This document shows positions 24,859 through 37,135 of a stretch of DNA of 64,000 bases, in pieces. A program made the translations under genes and the position numbers. Within the stretch, counting starts at the first letter, position 1, and each line of letters begins with the position of its first letter. Location: positions 78,368,001 to 78,432,000 of the forward strand of contig OX597823.1 of NCBI GenBank assembly GCA_951406725.2, given 5' to 3'. The DNA comes from Octopus vulgaris. Lineage: Eukaryota. The notes beneath the pieces were generated by a model. The model was not told the origin of the DNA and did no database searches. It worked only from the letters and a program-made list of their open reading frames with translations.

Positions 24859-24880
24859 TATGCATATGAAGTGTTGCTTA

Positions 24881-24961
<81 letters not shown>

Positions 24962-24989
24962 ATATGTAAATATTCACACACACACACAC

Positions 24990-25039
<50 letters not shown>

Positions 25040-25680
25040 ATTTGTTGATTAAAATACATGTACTATGATGCATGCTGAGCAACTCTTACATGCAGGCATA
25101 GACAAAAGCTCGTATAAACATAAGCATACATACATGCATACACAGATGCATATATATCTGTGTGTGTGTGTGTGTGTGTGCATGTGTGATGTGTGTATAA
25201 ATATACACACACACATACACACACATGTGCTTCCTTCTTAGTTTTTAGTTTTATTTCTTGTTGGTTTTTCTGCTTCTATTTGTGTAGGTATGGTGTCTCT
25301 ATAGATCTGAAGGACGGATGAAGTCGGAGGGATGGATGGGTTACTAATGTTGGTTAGATAATAATACATTAGGTTCTGGAATCATGAAACTAATGTTTAG
25401 TGTATCTTTGTTTTCATCTGAGGTGTTATTTTTTTTTTTTTTTTTGTTTTTGGTGTACCACTGTTGTAATGTGAATTAATAGCAGTTTGCAAGTCTTGTT
25501 GCACTTGCTCAACTGATGAGTCTATTACTCAGTTCTTGTACATCCATACTAATTTGTGTGTGTAGCTGGCAGTTGAAGTTGAAACAGGCAGCAAGGCTCT
25601 AGCTTACCAGATCCTTTGAACATTTTGTTTTCAAAATATACTCTAACACTGAACGCAATAATCATAAGGCACACATACAC

Positions 25681-25890
25681 ATCATCATCATCATTGTTTA
25701 ACGCCCGCTTTTCATGCTGGCATGGGTTGGACGATTTGACTGAAGACTGGCGAACCAGATGGCTGCACCAGGCTCCAATCTTGATCTGGCAGTGTTTCTA
25801 CAGCTGGATGCCCTTCCTAACGCCAACCACTCCGAGAGTGTAGTGGGTGCTTTTACGTGCCACCAGCATGAGGGCCAGTCAGGCAGTACG
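25681..25890 (-). mobile_element. RTE 3'-tail copy
   Basis: Reverse complement of ggcacgtaaaagcacccactacactctcggagtggttggcgttaggaagggcatccagctg...gatgatg. Confidence 0.88.
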
Positions 25891-26813
25891 ATCATATAAA
25901 CAAAAAAACTAAAAAACAAAACAAAATAAACACACACACACACACATACTCACACACATATGCACACACTCAGGCATGCACACAAAACTACTGTGAATAC
26001 ACACAAATTCATTTATAGAGGCTGCTATTGTTATTAGAAATTATTATTATTGAGAGATTTAAAGGCAATATTGATATCAAATCCTGCAGAGATAAACTTT
26101 GCTTTTCAGCCATCCCTCTGGCATTAGTAATATGAAGTACCTGTCATTATGATAGGAGATTGCTCTCTTAGAATATTCTTTGTCTAAGGACAGACTTGAT
26201 ATTCTGCAAATTATTTTGGCCATAAGGTCCTAATTATGGCTGACTATTGGTTACAATTCCTACAGATGTATGTGCAGTTCTTGATTCACCTATCTTTAGT
26301 TGCAGTGTTTATCTGTCCTTAAATCTAATGTCATGAGTAGGAGGCTGGCTACAGTAAGTTAGAGCTAATTGCTATGCTTAAACCAAATTCCTTAAATATT
26401 CTTATTAAATCCTTCCACTGTCCACCTGAATCTATTCATAATGTGGCACTTACTGCCCCATGATACTGTTAAGCCAAAATCACGCACAATCTACCTCACA
26501 GAGTAATTGTCTCTGAAAGCAGTAGCTTTAAGTTTTCACCTGCAATACACAGTGGTTAAAGATTGGCAGTTTTGCAGACTGCAATAAATCAGGATACATG
26601 AACAAACTTAACAAATGAGAACTGATCTTATAAATCTGCCTATTGATATGATGTCTTCTGCTGTATTTCACAATATTGTCTAAAGTATCACAGCAGCATA
26701 CCTTGTTGAGGTTTTATTAACGTTGAAGTCCATCACTGACCTGACTGGTTTCCAGTATATGTGTGTGTGTGTGTGTGTGTGCATGTGTGTGTGTGTGTGC
26801 ATGTGTGTATGTA

Positions 26814-26857
<44 letters not shown>

Positions 26858-27019
26858 CGTGTGTGTATTATGAAAACTAGCAAGCTGAAACTTTGAAGTC
26901 TGTTGTTAAGCCACATTACTTTGTACAGAGTAATGTGAAGAACCAACCTATTCAACAATATCAAGTAATTCTTCAATTTAACATTAAACTGTCTTTTTTA
27001 GGACTCTACATAAAACAAA

Positions 27020-27190
27020 CAACACATGACCTTGCAGGTGGGGGCTCAATTAGAATTTTCTTCAGGTCAAAGTAGTCCATCCCACTCAAAAAGTCCCTGA
27101 ATAAGGGTTGTTTAAGAATGTTGAACAAAACAACCATGTTTCCAAAGGTGAATTATTCAAACCCCAAAGAATTCCTCTCAACACATGACT
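27020..27190 (-). mobile_element. Third copy of the 3755/4385 repeat
   Basis: Reverse complement of about 4615-4780. Confidence 0.75.
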
Positions 27191-27191
27191 C

Positions 27192-27825
27192 TATTATTAT
27201 GTGATGAAAATTCACTGCTAATTTTGCTGGGTATGATGAAAGGTGTCAGCTGTCTACAGCCAGCAGACTATGGTGACACTTGTTTATTGGTCATGTTTCA
27301 AGGACCTTGCAAAGAATTCTTGTAGTTCCAAGCAATGCTGATTTTTGTAGGTGTTCTGCCTTCGCACTTGCACCAATCTATGTTGGTAGTTGAGTGCTGA
27401 TACTTCCAAGTGCACCAATTACTATTGGTATCACGTTTACTCTCTTCATTGACCACAACCAACATATTTCCCACTTTAAATCATCATAGTTGTTTATTTT
27501 TTCTTCTTCTTTCACATTGATCCTGTTGTCACGAGGGCATGCTATGTCAATAATCATACATGTTCTTTCTTTTTTATTCACTACAACAATGTCTGGTTTC
27601 CTATGTCTGGTAAGGTGATCACACTGGATCATTACATCCTACAGAATTTTGCAGTTCTCATTCCTGATAACTCCTCCTGGGGTTTGCTCATACCAGATCC
27701 TTGCTCTTTGTTGGCCATGATTTCCACAAGCTCCCAATGGATTATTCTTGCCACCTTGTCATGGTGTTGTTTGTATTCACGTTTTGCCCATTTCAGGAAT
27801 TCGTTAACGATGTGTCTCCGCATTT
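27192..27825 (-). pseudogene. R4/Dong-type LINE 3' end: zinc-knuckle remnant, RLE domain and 3' UTR
   Basis: HIV..(C)...EYKQHHDKVARIIHWEL; HRKPDIVVV...IIDIACP...EEKINNYDDL...VIPIVIGALG; LQKSALLGTTRIL. TAA repeats on both sides. Confidence 0.92.
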
Positions 27826-27864
27826 GTTATTATCAGTATTATTATTATTATTATTATTATTATG

Positions 27865-28060
27865 AAGGTAGTAAGCTGGCTGAATCTTTAGCTCATTGGG
27901 CATAATGCTAGCAGCATCTATTCCCACTTGTTATGTTCTGAGTTCAAAAACCACTGAGGTTTTCTTTGCCTTTTATCCTTCTGGGGGTCAATGTAATTCA
28001 CTAACCCAACACCACATCACCTAAAAAATTTCAAACCTTGTGCCTAAGTAGGAAGGATCA
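27865..28060 (+). mobile_element. SINE family B, tail type 2, decayed
   Basis: aagctggctgaatc...gttctgagttcaaa...ccttgtgcctaagtaggaagga. Confidence 0.7.
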
Positions 28061-28559
28061 TCATCATCATCATCATTGTCGTTGTTGTCATCGTCATCAA
28101 CTAAATTTTTTGATTTTACGAAATGTATTTTGATTCTTCCTTTGAAATACATAACTTAATCATTTCCATCGTTCTCCTGGCAGATGTATTTGTTCCATTG
28201 GCAAGCATTTATGATTCAGTGTGGATTACATTTCACTCCTTAATTAGCATTCATCAATGGAATTCAATTATTACTTTTTTCCCTTGCAAAGTAATAGTTT
28301 CATTAACCATTAAATTTTCAATCAAATCTACATCACCTTTCATCACAATGATTTCGTTCCAATCGCATGCTTTGTATGAATGCATGCATGTGTATATGCA
28401 TGTGTACATACAAGTTTCCTATTGAACATTACATCCTATTGGTCCATGCTCTAAAAATAGCGGAATAAGAACACCTTTGCTTGTAAAGCAGAGAACTGTT
28501 GGTGACAGGAACTGCATCCAGCCATAAACTATTATCTTAAATAAAGTAACTGTTTACCT

Positions 28560-29259
28560 CAGTGTTTCTCAGCTGGGGTGCATATGGTCTCTGGGAGTCC
28601 ATATAAGATTTTGCTGTTAAAAATTATGTGCATAAGCCAGGGGTGTAACCAGCCCACTTATGCGTACCTTCCCTTCATTGGACACTACTTGCGAAGACCT
28701 GTTCAGTCAAGTGAGATCGGAATCGAAATCAAATTCGATGACTGGCATCCGTGCAAGTGGAGCACTAAGAGCACCATCCGAGTGTGATCGTTGCCAGAGC
28801 GGCTAACTGGCGTTCGTGCCGGTGGCACATAAAATGCACCGTTCGAGCGTGATCGTTACCAGCGCCGCCTTACTGGCACTTGTGCCGGTGTGCAGGTGAC
28901 ATGTAAAAAAACACGATTTTCCATGACAGTTGCCACTACCACCTGACTGGCCCTCATGCATCCAGCTGTAGAAACTCTGCCAAATCAAGATTGGAGCCTG
29001 GTGCAGCCACCTGGTTCGCCAGTCCTCAGTCAAATCATCCAACCCATGCAAGCATGGAAATGGACATTAAACGATGATGACAATGATTGGTTCTATAATA
29101 CACAAAATATTTTGACAAATTTTTTTATACAATTTCTAATAATATTTAATCATAAAAGACATTATACGAATTTTTTAGCATAGAATGGTTATGAGGGTCC
29201 ACCCGAATTAAATAAGAAACAAAGGGGTCTATAAGTTAAAAAATAGTTGAGAACCACTG
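28560..29259. mobile_element. hAT (Charlie-like) MITE interrupted by an RTE 3' UTR
   Basis: TIRs cagtgtttctcagct / agttgagaaccactg; flanks only partly similar (ttacct). Confidence 0.65.
28636..29085 (+). mobile_element. RTE 3' UTR, sister subfamily of the 11.3-14.6 kb element
   Basis: gaagacctgtt...caagtga, gtgccggtggcacataaaa modules, and the acccatgcaagcatggaaa...gatgatg tail. Confidence 0.85.
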
Positions 29260-29302
29260 ATCTTACCTCTATTAGCTTTGAAAAGTGAATATTGAATTGA
29301 AC

Positions 29303-29560
29303 TGGTGTGACTGTGTGGTAAGAAATTGCCTTCTCAACCACATGGTTTTAGGTTCAGTTCCATTGTGTGAGACCTTGGACAACCGATGCTGGTGTGTTTA
29401 CGTCCCCATTACTTAGTTGTTCGGCAAAAGAGACCGATAGAATAAGTACTAGGCTTACAAAGAATAGGTCCTGGGGTCGATTCGCTCGACTAAAGGCGGT
29501 GCTCCAGCATGGCCACAGTCAAATGACTGAAACAAGTAAAAGAGTAAAACAGTAAGAGAG
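29303..29560 (+). mobile_element. SINE family A, internally deleted
   Basis: Head fused directly to a well-preserved tail. Confidence 0.85.
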
Positions 29561-29597
29561 TATATATATATATATATATATATATATTGCTTTAGTT

Positions 29598-29812
29598 AAG
29601 GTGGAAAGCTAGTAGAATCATTAGTACAGCAGGTAAAATGTTTAACAGTATTCCATCCATTTTTTACAATCTAAGTTCAAATTCCACCAAGGTCAACTTT
29701 GCCTTTCATCTTCTCAGGGATGTTAAAATAAATACTAGTTGAGTCCTGGGGTTGATGTAATCAGCATAATCACTCCCATGGCATTGCAAGTTTTGAGCCA
29801 AAATTTGAAACC
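29598..29812 (+). mobile_element. SINE family B, tail type 2
   Basis: gttcaaattccaccaaggtcaactttgcctttcatc core; ccaaaatttgaaacc end. Confidence 0.75.
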
Positions 29813-29883
29813 AATGTATAAACTGCTTTAGTCAGAAAATATACTTGTAAATTCAAACAAAATTGTTTATATTTATATATAAA

Positions 29884-30276
29884 CTAGCAGTATCGCCCAG
29901 CATTGCTCGGGTTTCTTTCGACCCTTTAGAATTGGAATTTTTGAAAAGTAAAAATTTTGCATTATATAGCTTGTTATTTTCTTTAAGTGAACATTTTCCA
30001 GGTTGAAATACATCGTAAAATGGCAACACAGCAGTCAAAAAATCGTAAAAAATAGGGATTTTCCTTAAAAAAAATACCTTTTTGATGTAAATAATTTTTG
30101 GTGTTAGCATGGTCCGATTTGAATTTTTTCTTTTACGGAAGAAAGAGCAAGCCTTCTTCTATCATACTCTCAATTTTGGTAAACTTGTGCCACAGGGTCT
30201 CGGAGGAGATAGTGTTAGTTGAAGGCTACCAAACCTACCCTACACAGACAACTTCAGCTTCATATATATAGAGAGA
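29884..30276 (-). mobile_element. Non-autonomous Helitron, second subfamily
   Basis: Minus strand reads A|TCTCTCTATATATATG...aaacccgagcaatgctgggcgatactgCTAG|T: same termini as 15707-16100, different interior. Confidence 0.85.
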
Positions 30277-30714
30277 TATGTAGCTTTTGCATGTATGTTT
30301 TAAACCAGTATACTTCTTAGCATGGTTCTGTATTATTTAGTTTAATAGTTAAATAAACTCTGTGGAAAGTTAGCTAGTTCTTCTACACAGTAGATTTTTG
30401 TTTCTAGCAGATACTTTGTAATTGTAAATTATAAATAACTCTTTGTTGATTCTGTTATGTTGTAATATATTATTGTTTTCTCTTCTTTATGTAGTTCTTA
30501 TATTGTAAGACAACAACAGTTGGTCATTCAGTTAGATCTCTACATGACAACTCAAATAAAAGAAAGTTTTTTTTAAATGTTACATTAAATATGATGAAAC
30601 AGTAAATTTGGTGAGACTGCAACTCAATTTAGTGCGGTTAAATATTACTGGTGATGCAAAATATAACTTGCTTTAATGGTATCTGACTACTATTGCAAAC
30701 ATGTTCATAGATAC

Positions 30715-31060
30715 AGGCATGGCTGTGTGGTTATGAACTTAGCTTCTCTACCATATGGTTCCAGGTTCAGTCCCTCTGCATAGCATCTTGGGCAAGTGTC
30801 TTCTATTATAACCTCAGGCCAACCAATGCATTACAAGTGAATTTGGTAGGCAGAAACTGTACATGAGAGTCTTTGTGTTTGTCTTCCCTACCACTGGACA
30901 ATTGGTCTTGGTTTGTTTACATCCCCCAATGGTTTGGCAAAAGAGACTGATAGAATAAGTTCTAGATTTTGAAAAATAAGTAGTGGGGTTAATTTGTTCA
31001 TCTAAGCCCTACATGGCAGTGATAACAGTCCAATGACTTAAACAAATAAAAGATAAAAGA
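30715..31060 (+). mobile_element. SINE family A, old full-length copy
   Basis: A/B boxes, cttgggcaagtgtcttcta, cagtccaatgact..aaca tail. Confidence 0.8.
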
Positions 31061-31209
31061 CAGATACAGGTTTTATGGGTGCAGGCATGAGTATATGGTT
31101 AAGGGATTCAATTAACAACTATATTATAAATTTGGTTTTGTTATATAGCCCTTTGAGTATGTATCCACCATAGATTCTTCATTGATATTAACTACAATAT
31201 ACATATATG

Positions 31210-31405
31210 TAACTGCACATGAACTGTTGGTGATTTTTCCTCTTTCTTCCTTCTTTCTCTTTGGACTTTTCTGTTTTCCTGTTTCCAATGAAGAGCTATG
31301 CTTGAAACATAAAACAACAACCCTCTTCTTTCTCCAAGTGTCATATTGCTTGTGCTATGTCCTCACATTTATTTGTTTTTCTTTTTCCTTTTTCTCCATC
31401 TTTGA
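31210..31405 (+). mobile_element. Penelope-like terminus with a decayed hammerhead variant
   Basis: ccaatga-a-gagc-tat-gctt-gaaac-at at 31285-31310; homologous to 32540-32700 and 34345-34520. Confidence 0.6.
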
Positions 31406-31406
31406 A

Positions 31407-31459
<53 letters not shown>

Positions 31460-31621
31460 CATACATGAGTAAGCACATAAATATAGAACAATATGGAAAA
31501 CTAGCACCTGAATACCAAAGGTAGAGTAAGAGAAAGCATTTTATTAAAGTTGAAAAAGTTTTATCCAATTGTTACTAAGTAACAATTTGTGAAGATCTTT
31601 CCAGCTTTAATAAAAGTGTAT

Positions 31622-31653
<32 letters not shown>

Positions 31654-31868
31654 TCTGATTGAATCTTCCATGTGTTAATATGTACCTCCTTGTGACAATG
31701 TAAACTTTCATTTAATCAAGATATCCTTGGTTTGAAGAGTAGCCTACTGTATACATCTCACTTGGATATTTTCCACTTCTGATGTTCCACTCACTATGAA
31801 ACATATGTAGCCCAGATCTTATCTACCCCATTCTATAACTCTTGTATGTATATATATATATATATATG

Positions 31869-31907
<39 letters not shown>

Positions 31908-32081
31908 CTTGTAGAAAACATAAATCCAAAAGAAGACGCACAATTTAAGATGTAGGGCAGTATATATTAAAAATGGGGAAGGCCGGTTTATGAGATTACC
32001 TTAGGCTTCCCATTCATAAAGGGTTTTGCTTTATGGCATATCGTCAGATCCCCAAATCCTGTTGGCCCATGACCTCTCACA

Positions 32082-32109
<28 letters not shown>

Positions 32110-32115
<6 letters not shown>

Positions 32116-32358
32116 GAAAAAAAATCAAGGTAGAAAATGCTAAAATAATTTTATTAAAAACATTTCAGTACCAATTTCGGTCATTGAGACTTTTTCAACT
32201 GTAAGTATGGAAAATTGTATTGCTTTCCATACTTAAAGTTGAAAAAGTCTCAATGACCGAAACCGGTACTGAAATGTTTTTCATAAAATGACTTTAGCAT
32301 TTTCTACCTTGATTTTTTTCCATATATATATCAACTCGTGTGTTTCTTTTCAACCTTC

Positions 32359-32365
<7 letters not shown>
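32110..32365. mobile_element. Penelope-like fold-back element (inverted termini of about 100 bp, 10-nt spacer)
   Basis: 32114-32213 is the inverted copy of 32224-32325; each arm has TTGAAAA-a-gtc-tcaat-gac-c-GAAA; embedded in TA/CATA repeats. Confidence 0.75.
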
Positions 32366-32421
<56 letters not shown>

Positions 32422-32503
32422 AACTTATAAAACAAGAGCAAAGGTATTTTTTAATGTGCTGGCCATTGATAAAATTTTTTTTCGAAAAATTTAATCCTAT
32501 ATT

Positions 32504-32539
<36 letters not shown>

Positions 32540-32541
<2 letters not shown>

Positions 32542-32700
32542 GAAATTTACAGGAAAACAAAACGCAAAAACAAGTGTATAAACAACAAGCAGGTGTATTA
32601 GTTTAATGCTCAGGAAGGTGAGAAAGTCTTTTACGTTTCAAGCCTATGCTCTTCAGCAGAAAGGAACACAAGGAAATAAACAGAGAGAGAATGAAAAAAA
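32540..32700 (-). mobile_element. Penelope-like terminus with a hammerhead variant
   Basis: Minus strand: cttt-ctgctga-a-gagc-atag-gctt-gaaac-gta-aaag. Confidence 0.65.
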
Positions 32701-33080
32701 CTTTGGAGCTAACTGTCAATCATAGCAGTCAATCACAGTGGTATGTGAATACATAGTGCGAAACCTATTCATATAGATATGTGTGAGCATTATATATATA
32801 TATATATATATATATACTTATACTTATCATCATACATATATAATTTTCATCACTTTTATGTTTTCAGGTCTGCTTTACCAAGCTGGCATGTATTGGTTGG
32901 GTACTCAAGGGCCCATTCAGTTTGTGTTCAGTGTTACTGTGGTCAGGGACCACTTATTATTTGTATGTTTCATTTTTAGTCTGCTTCCAGTGACAGAACA
33001 CACATTTAGCACGTTTTTGTAGCTTTTCTTTCACTCTCCACTTCACAGGGTGTAATTAGGTGCATTCATTATTATAGCAT

Positions 33081-33144
<64 letters not shown>

Positions 33145-33275
33145 TTACACACACACACACGTCATCATCATCAAAATAATTGTGGCATAACACAAGGGGA
33201 CTCTGTAATCATTGTGTAATGCTTGTTTTCAAATGAGAGAAAGGATATTCAAAATGTGTGTGTTTGTGCATTTTG

Positions 33276-33334
<59 letters not shown>

Positions 33335-33369
33335 ATATCTATCTATCTACCTATATATGTATATATATC

Positions 33370-33413
<44 letters not shown>

Positions 33414-33860
33414 TACATACACACACACACATACATATATGCACTCACATACACACACACAAATATGATGTCAAAATTTTACATGTAAATATATTTTTGT
33501 CCTAATTGAAGGGGGAAGAAATTGCCATTTTCAAGAAGTGTGTCTGTTACAGTGAATTTTATTAACGAGATAACAAGTGCAATTTTTATATTCATTTATT
33601 TATTTGTTTATCTATTTACATATTTGTGGGATAACATGCTAAACATACTTTTTTTATTTGTCACAGTAACATAATTCAGTTTTTTGATCTAATTACGTTA
33701 CACTTCTTGGGTTATAATGCATCAAAATTTTACCTTTTCATTGTTTCTTTTACCTGTAGTATGTATTATTTGTTGTTGTTATTATTATTACTACTTTTAC
33801 TACTACTTCTACTAATACTATTATTATTATTATTATCATTATCTTCTTATTTCATTTCAG

Positions 33861-33931
33861 TTTCCTAAGTTCTAGTCGGTCACTTGGTGCAAAAGGCTTT
33901 CGGCTATCTTGGACAGAAATTAGAGGATCGG
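33861..33931 (+). CDS. Internal exon (phase 2 to phase 1) encoding the C-terminal strands of a CUB domain; probable multi-CUB + LDLa membrane protein
   Basis: Acceptor ttcttatttcatttcAG with upstream ctaat; donor G|GTAAGA; 71 nt = 1 + 23 codons + 1. Peptide FLSSSRSLGAKGFRLSWTEIRGS fits the CUB F-x-S...GF-x-x-x-aromatic end and the GAxGFxxxWTE(I/V) pattern I recall preceding LDLa in invertebrate CUB-LDLa proteins. Confidence 0.82.
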
Positions 33932-34344
33932 GTAAGACAGAAAATTTCCTCCTTAATTATATTTTTTCTGAATTTATTCGTAACATGTGCATGTATATGT
34001 ATGGAGTTTGTATGGGTGCATATGTGTGCATTCTTGTGTATGTGCAATTGTATTTGTGTGTGTGTGTGTAGTCACTGTTTTCAGTAATAGTGGTAAAACA
34101 TCTTAAAGGCATTATCAGGTAATTTTCATTGAAGTTTTAACTTTCCCCCATCACCAATTCAATCAAGTACATATTTATATACTTATGTGTTTGTGCAATT
34201 TAGAAGATATATTTGGGCACATCATTAAAACACAGTGATATGAGTCCTATCAGAATAACATTTTATATATATATATGAATGTGTGTATATATACATAGAT
34301 GTATATGTGTGTTGTGTTGTGTGTGTGTGTATGTATATATACAT

Positions 34345-34520
34345 ATAGTCAATTCAAATAAGCAATCATTTAAAAAAAAACGAATAATAAAATTAATGGA
34401 TAGCACAAGAAAACATACTCAAAGATTTATTAGCTTCATGCTTGGTTAAAAAAGAGTTTAATGTTTTGAGCATAGCTCTTTGTCAGGAAGTAGAAACGGA
34501 AAAGAAATCGCCAGGAGGTA
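34345..34520 (-). mobile_element. Penelope-like terminus with a CpG-decayed hammerhead variant
   Basis: Minus strand: ctgacaa-a-gagc-tat-gctc-aaaac-att; all three deviations from CTGACGA...CGAAACG are CG to CA. Confidence 0.65.
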
Positions 34521-34559
34521 TGCTTTCCTTCTTAGATTATATCACAGATATTTAATAAC

Positions 34560-34762
34560 CCTGTCTACTATAGGTACAAGGCCTAAAATTCTGTCGTGGG
34601 AGCTTGTTGATTACATCAACCCTTGTGTTCAACTGGTGTGTTGTTTTTTTTTACCAACATTGAAAGAATGATATGAAAGTTACCTGCTTGGAATGTAAGC
34701 CAGACAAAACGCTGCTAAGCATTTTGCCTGGTTTACTAATGATGCTGCCAGATCATTACCTT
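34560..34762 (-). mobile_element. SINE family B, tail type 2, decayed
   Basis: ctactataggtacaaggcctaaaatt...gctaagcattttgcctgg...ctgccag. Confidence 0.65.
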
Positions 34763-35323
34763 CTAGCTGTGTAATAATAATCTTTATCGTGTTTTATGTT
34801 GAATTATTGAAAGGATATACAAAGCATTAACTTGCATAAAGTTATACAATAGGGAAAATAAAGTAGATACTTCTTTCTGGACAGCCGAAACAGACCAGCT
34901 GCATCCTTGTTTTTGAAGGATGATGACAATGATGATGGTGATCATTCTCATCATCATCACAACCACCACCATCATCATCCACTCTTCCATGCTTGTATGG
35001 CTCAGGTGAAACTCATTGAGGAAAATTCTCTATGGATGGACGTCCCTTCTGTTGCCAACCCTCGCTTGTTCACAAGCAAGGTAATAATCTGCATGTTTCC
35101 CAAATAATGGTCTTCCTGGACATAGTTGCTTGGGGAACTGGAGCCAAACAGCACTGTTTGAATGAGCCTTTTGTTTACAGTCACCAAATACTGAACATAG
35201 AAAGTAGAGAGGAAATATGAGTTTCCTCATTCAAACACACACACATTCACACATATGTATGTATATGTGATGTGTGCGTATGTGTTTTAAATATACATAT
35301 ATATGTATGTATATATATATATG

Positions 35324-35401
<78 letters not shown>

Positions 35402-36856
35402 TCAAATTTATAGTAAAACAAAGGAGGTGTATGAACAGCAAGCATGTGTATTATTTTGACACTCAGAAAAATGAAAAAGACTTGTAAATTTCAGCAGTGT
35501 ATGTATGTATATATATATATATATATATATACATTTAGAGCTGTTGACACTGCCACATTGAACGGTACTGCCCAGGTGTCGAAACCATAATGATATCTGT
35601 GGGGCAGCTGATGATGGAGGTATGTTGGATTGTTGGTATGGCTGTTTTGGTATATGTGAAATAGTATTATAACACATCCTTTTGATACACACATGCACAC
35701 ACATATATATACTCACATATATATATATTTGTGTGTGTATATAAATGATTATATGTGTGCACATGTGTCTATAATACCAGTGAAATTGTAGAAACAGTAG
35801 GTTATCAACCTAAATATCTTAGATTGCTTGCTTTCATCAGTGTATGTCCAAACTCCTATCTGGTTTTATTTTACCATTTATCATTTCTGGGTTGGTAAAC
35901 TAAGTTCCAGACAAATAAAAAGACACATGTAATCGACTAAATTCCTCCTTTGAAGAATCCATGACAATGTGAGAAGTTAAGACTTTGTGGAAACATATGC
36001 ATATTCTCAAAATGAATAAATGTTCAACCTAAAGGATGTAGAAAAATTTGACTCTAGAAATTTAGTTTGAAAGTGAAAGTAGAATTCTTATGCAATTTCA
36101 TTTAATTTTGTTGATGACTTCACATTTGCAATATTTGCAGAATACCAATTATACGCTTGATAAGAGCTGTGTCATTGGACAAAACAAACTGGCTAAAAAA
36201 TGTAGCTAAATGACATTAAGAAAATTCTTTTGTTTTGCTGCCAAAAAACTTAGATTTTCTTTACATACAAATAGAAACTGTCTGACATTGATATCACATG
36301 TATAATCTTGGGAGGAGGACAACAAATGCCTAGGAAGTTGGGTAATGAATGAGCTGAATACAATCTGTTACAGATGGTCTTTAAATCCGCTGGCTGAATA
36401 GATGGCGAGGAAGCTGACAAAGTACCTTGATTATTAAAAACATCTGATATTGCTTTTAATTGAGAAATGTGTGAGATGCTATGGATATGCACTGAAAATG
36501 GAAAGTATGTATGTATGTGTCCATAATACATATATTCATGCAAACAAACACATATTCACACACATACACACGTGCACATATATACGAAGAGAGAGGGAAA
36601 GAGAGAGGTGAGTTGGTTGCAAATTAACTGAAGAACGCATAGCATTGCGTAATTCAAAATTATATGTAACGTTTGATAAAAGAGGAAATGACAAATCAAA
36701 TGGACAGCTGGATAAGATACAGTTTTGCAAAACCTACCTGTCATGATCTTATTCAAAACAAGAATTGTTAAAAGTGGATATCTGAAGGATAATTAGTTCT
36801 GCTACAGAATGCACAAACAGCAGTACTGATATCACCATCAAACCAAAGACAAAGTT

Positions 36857-37135
36857 ATTTCTTCTTCTTCTTCTTTTTCATTTCCTTCTTCTTCTTCTTC
36901 TTCTTCTTCTTCTTCTTCTTCTTCTTCTTCTTCTTCTTCTTCTTCTTCTTCTTCTTCTTCTTCTTCTTCTTCTGTTTCTTATTCTTCTTCTTCTTCTTCT
37001 TCTTCTTCTTCTTCTTCTTCTTCTTCTTCTTCTTCTTCTTCTTCTTCTTCTTCTTCTTCTTCTTCTTCTTCTTCTTCTTCTTCTTCTTCTTCTTCTTCTT
37101 CTTCTTCTTTTTCTTCTTCTTTTTCTTCTTCTTCT
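36857..37135. repeat. (TTC)n microsatellite, about 280 bp
   Basis: Seen directly; explains the poly-K/poly-R ORFs. Confidence 0.97.

Noticed and set aside
25298-25345. Pyrimidine tract plus AG followed by a purine-rich stretch
   Set aside because: No good donor and no recognisable peptide.
25513-25535. ctgatgagtc hammerhead-like start
   Set aside because: No GAAA follows the hairpin.
32868-32961. Exon-like segment containing YCG upstream of the CUB exon
   Set aside because: Would end in phase 1 whereas phase 2 is needed; lacks other CUB residues; lies between TA tracts like a repeat fragment.
33884-34087. Track ORF MVQKAFGYLG...
   Set aside because: Wrong frame of the CUB exon, running into intron.
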